Source: Candidatus Aenigmatarchaeota archaeon
Lineage (GTDB): Archaea > Aenigmatarchaeota > Aenigmatarchaeia > GW2011-AR5
Reading direction: 5' to 3'
Length of the DNA: 64,000 bases
NCBI GenBank assembly: GCA_016187335.1
Contig: JACPJW010000001.1
Location: forward strand, 640,001 to 704,000
Each line of letters starts with the position of its first letter. The stretch's first letter is position 1. The position numbers and the translations under genes were made by a program. Positions 62,018-64,000 of this stretch are shown here, one piece after another. Below the pieces are notes generated by a model, which was given only the letters and a program-made list of their open reading frames with translations, was not told the origin of the DNA and searched no databases.

Positions 62018-64000
62018 TCAAAACCCCGGCATCTCCTTCGGCATGCCTTTTCTTTCCCTTATCTTTGTGATAACCTGCGTTTTCATCTCTTCCGGCAGTT
62101 TTTCAAAAGTTACGTCAATGAGCGAGTAAAAGCCCTTGCCGCCCGTCGCGCTTTTGAGCTGCGCCTCGAAGCCGAACATCTCGGCTACGGGCATTTTCGC
62201 TGTTACGACAGCAACGCCCTGCTCGATCTGCGTGTCCAGAATCTGCCCGCGGCGGTTCTGCACCTGGTTCATGGCATTTCCCATCAGCTCCTCGGGGACG
62301 TCTATGCGTATCGTCTGTATCGGCTCGAGCAGGGTGGGCTTCGCCTTGAATATCGCTTCCTTCAGCGCGTCGCTTATTGCCGGCAGCACCTGCGCGGGGC
62401 CGCGGTGTATGGCGTCCTCATGCAGCTTCGCGTCAACTATTTTTACTTTCAGTCCCGAGCAGGGCTCGCCCGCGAGGGGACCTGAATCCATGACGTTCTG
62501 GAAGCCTTCTATGACGAGTTCTATGGTCTCGTTCAGGTATTGGATGCCTTTTGTCGCGTCAATGAACAGGCATTTGTTGTGTATGTCGTAAATGCTCTTC
62601 GCCTCGTCCCTGCCCATGCCGGCGTCAACAAGCTGCTGCACGACCGTCTTGATATTCTTGCGGACGTTTTCTTCTATGACGTTGCCGGAAACAAGGGCAT
62701 TATAAACTCCTTGCTCCATTGGTTCCACGGTCATGTAAAACCTGTTGTGCTTGTTCGACGACTTGCCTTCCACCTCCGGCGAATACCCGCGCACGGTTTC
62801 GCGGTAAATGACTATCGGCGTCGACGTTTTCACTTCTATGCCCTTGTCTTTCAGCGGACGCTCCACTTTCGCGTCAATATGAAGCTCGCCAAGGCCGGAA
62901 ACCAGGTATTCTCCTGTTTCCTCGTTTATTTTGACAACCAGCGTAGGGTCTTCCCTGCTTATCTGCTTGAGGAACATTATCAGCTTCGGCAGGTCGGAAG
63001 GATCCGCCACGTCAATGCTTTTCGTGACAACTGGCTCAAAAATATGCTTTATCGCCTCAAACGGCTCTATTTCCCGTTCAGCGTCGCACACGGTTTCGCC
63101 GCTGAATGCATCGGTGAGCCCGACAACGCCCACGACGTTCCCCGCGCTGACTTCTTCCATCTGCACGCGCTGCGGTCCCTTGTAAATGCTCACCTGCTGC
63201 ACCCTGCGCGTCATGTGCTGCGCAACAAGGCGGACTTCCATGCCGCGCTTCAGCGTGCCCGAAAAAATCCTGCCTGCCGCGACAATGCCTGCGTGCGGGT
63301 CAGGGACGACTTTTGTGATTATCATCGCCAGCGGCCCGTTCGGATCCATGGCGAGCATGCTTTTGCCTGCTTCGCTTTCCACGTCGCCGTGCCATATCTT
63401 AGGTATCCTGTATTTCTGCGCATCCTCGGGATTCGGCAGGTGCCTGGTGACCATGTTCAGCACGATGCGGTGAAGCGGCGCTTTTTCGGACAGTTCTTCA
63501 TCCCTGCCCTGGGAAGACAGCTCGATTATGTCCTTGAACGTTATCTTGTGCTCCTTCATGTACGGAACAGAAATAGCCCATTTCCTGTAAGCCGCGCCGA
63601 AAGCAACGCTGCCGTCGTCGACCTTGACAAGAAACTTTTCGGCATAAGCCTTCTCAGAATATTTCTGTATGAGCCTGTTCACCTGCGCGATAATATTAAG
63701 AAATCTTTGCTGCATCTGTTCCGGCGACAGCTGCAGTTCCTTGATGAGCCTGTCCACCTTGTTTATGAAAAGAACCGGCTTCACCCTTTCGTGCAGCGCC
63801 TGCCTTACAACGGTCTCGGTCTGCGGCATCACTGCTTCCACGGCGTCCACGACGATAATCGCGCCGTCTATGGCTCTCATCGCCCTTGTTACGTCGCCGC
63901 CGAAATCTACGTGGCCGGGAGTGTCTATAAGATTTATCAGATACTCGTTGCCCTCCACCTCGTGGATCATGCTGACGTTTGCGGCAAAAATTGTTATGCC
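62018..64000 (-). CDS. fusA: Elongation factor 2 (5' end outside the window)
   Basis: GITIFAANVSMIH, DTPGHVDF, EDAIHRGPAQ (diphthamide His present). Confidence 0.97.
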   Translation of the reverse strand, partial: GITIFAANVSMIHEVEGNEYLINLIDTPGHVDFGGDVTRAMRAIDGAIIVVDAVEAVMPQTETVVRQALHERVKPVLFINKVDRLIKELQLSPEQMQQRFLNIIAQVNRLIQKYSEKAYAEKFLVKVDDGSVAFGAAYRKWAISVPYMKEHKITFKDIIELSSQGRDEELSEKAPLHRIVLNMVTRHLPNPEDAQKYRIPKIWHGDVESEAGKSMLAMDPNGPLAMIITKVVPDPHAGIVAAGRIFSGTLKRGMEVRLVAQHMTRRVQQVSIYKGPQRVQMEEVSAGNVVGVVGLTDAFSGETVCDAEREIEPFEAIKHIFEPVVTKSIDVADPSDLPKLIMFLKQISREDPTLVVKINEETGEYLVSGLGELHIDAKVERPLKDKGIEVKTSTPIVIYRETVRGYSPEVEGKSSNKHNRFYMTVEPMEQGVYNALVSGNVIEENVRKNIKTVVQQLVDAGMGRDEAKSIYDIHNKCLFIDATKGIQYLNETIELVIEGFQNVMDSGPLAGEPCSGLKVKIVDAKLHEDAIHRGPAQVLPAISDALKEAIFKAKPTLLEPIQTIRIDVPEELMGNAMNQVQNRRGQILDTQIEQGVAVVTAKMPVAEMFGFEAQLKSATGGKGFYSLIDVTFEKLPEEMKTQVITKIRERKGMPKEMPGF

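Noticed and set aside
1-64000. tRNA/rRNA genes
   Set aside because: No T-loop (GTTCRANYC) cloverleaf or rRNA-like stretch recognised by eye; tRNAscan-SE would be decisive

Overview
Archaeal chromosomal window. EF-2, EF-1alpha, aIF2-gamma, aIF5B, eS6, GGTGA Shine-Dalgarno motifs and TATA promoters point to an archaeon; compact gene content suggests a DPANN-type lineage (inference). From left to right: (1) an intein-bearing class II ribonucleotide reductase with NrdR and candidate NrdR boxes; (2) an amino-acid catabolism region with an arcC-arcE-arcB-like (arginine synthetase type) operon, class III aminotransferase, ALDH, GDH and pyrBI, interrupted by an ArsR-merA cassette; (3) a ~15 kb thiol/metal envelope island (26-41 kb) with a redoxin, CcdA proteins, DUF3179, a CARF-like wHTH regulator, cupredoxins, an orphan RnfD-like protein, and a BlaI/M56-peptidase pair with twin operators facing an operon of uncharacterised Cys/His/Met-rich proteins; (4) a GCS2-ligase + two ATP-grasp + amidohydrolase cluster next to trxB/sod; (5) a translation gene cluster with inserted cargo (NDK-PIN fusion, VapBC, ECF-S/DUF4430). 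Manual reading also found about nine Cys/His- or Lys/Arg-rich microprotein ORFs below the ORF-track cutoff, a dispersed palindrome family and an IS200/IS605-like (omegaRNA-like) orphan element. No CRISPR array, tRNA or rRNA was recognised. All family assignments come from motif recognition by eye; no searches were run.
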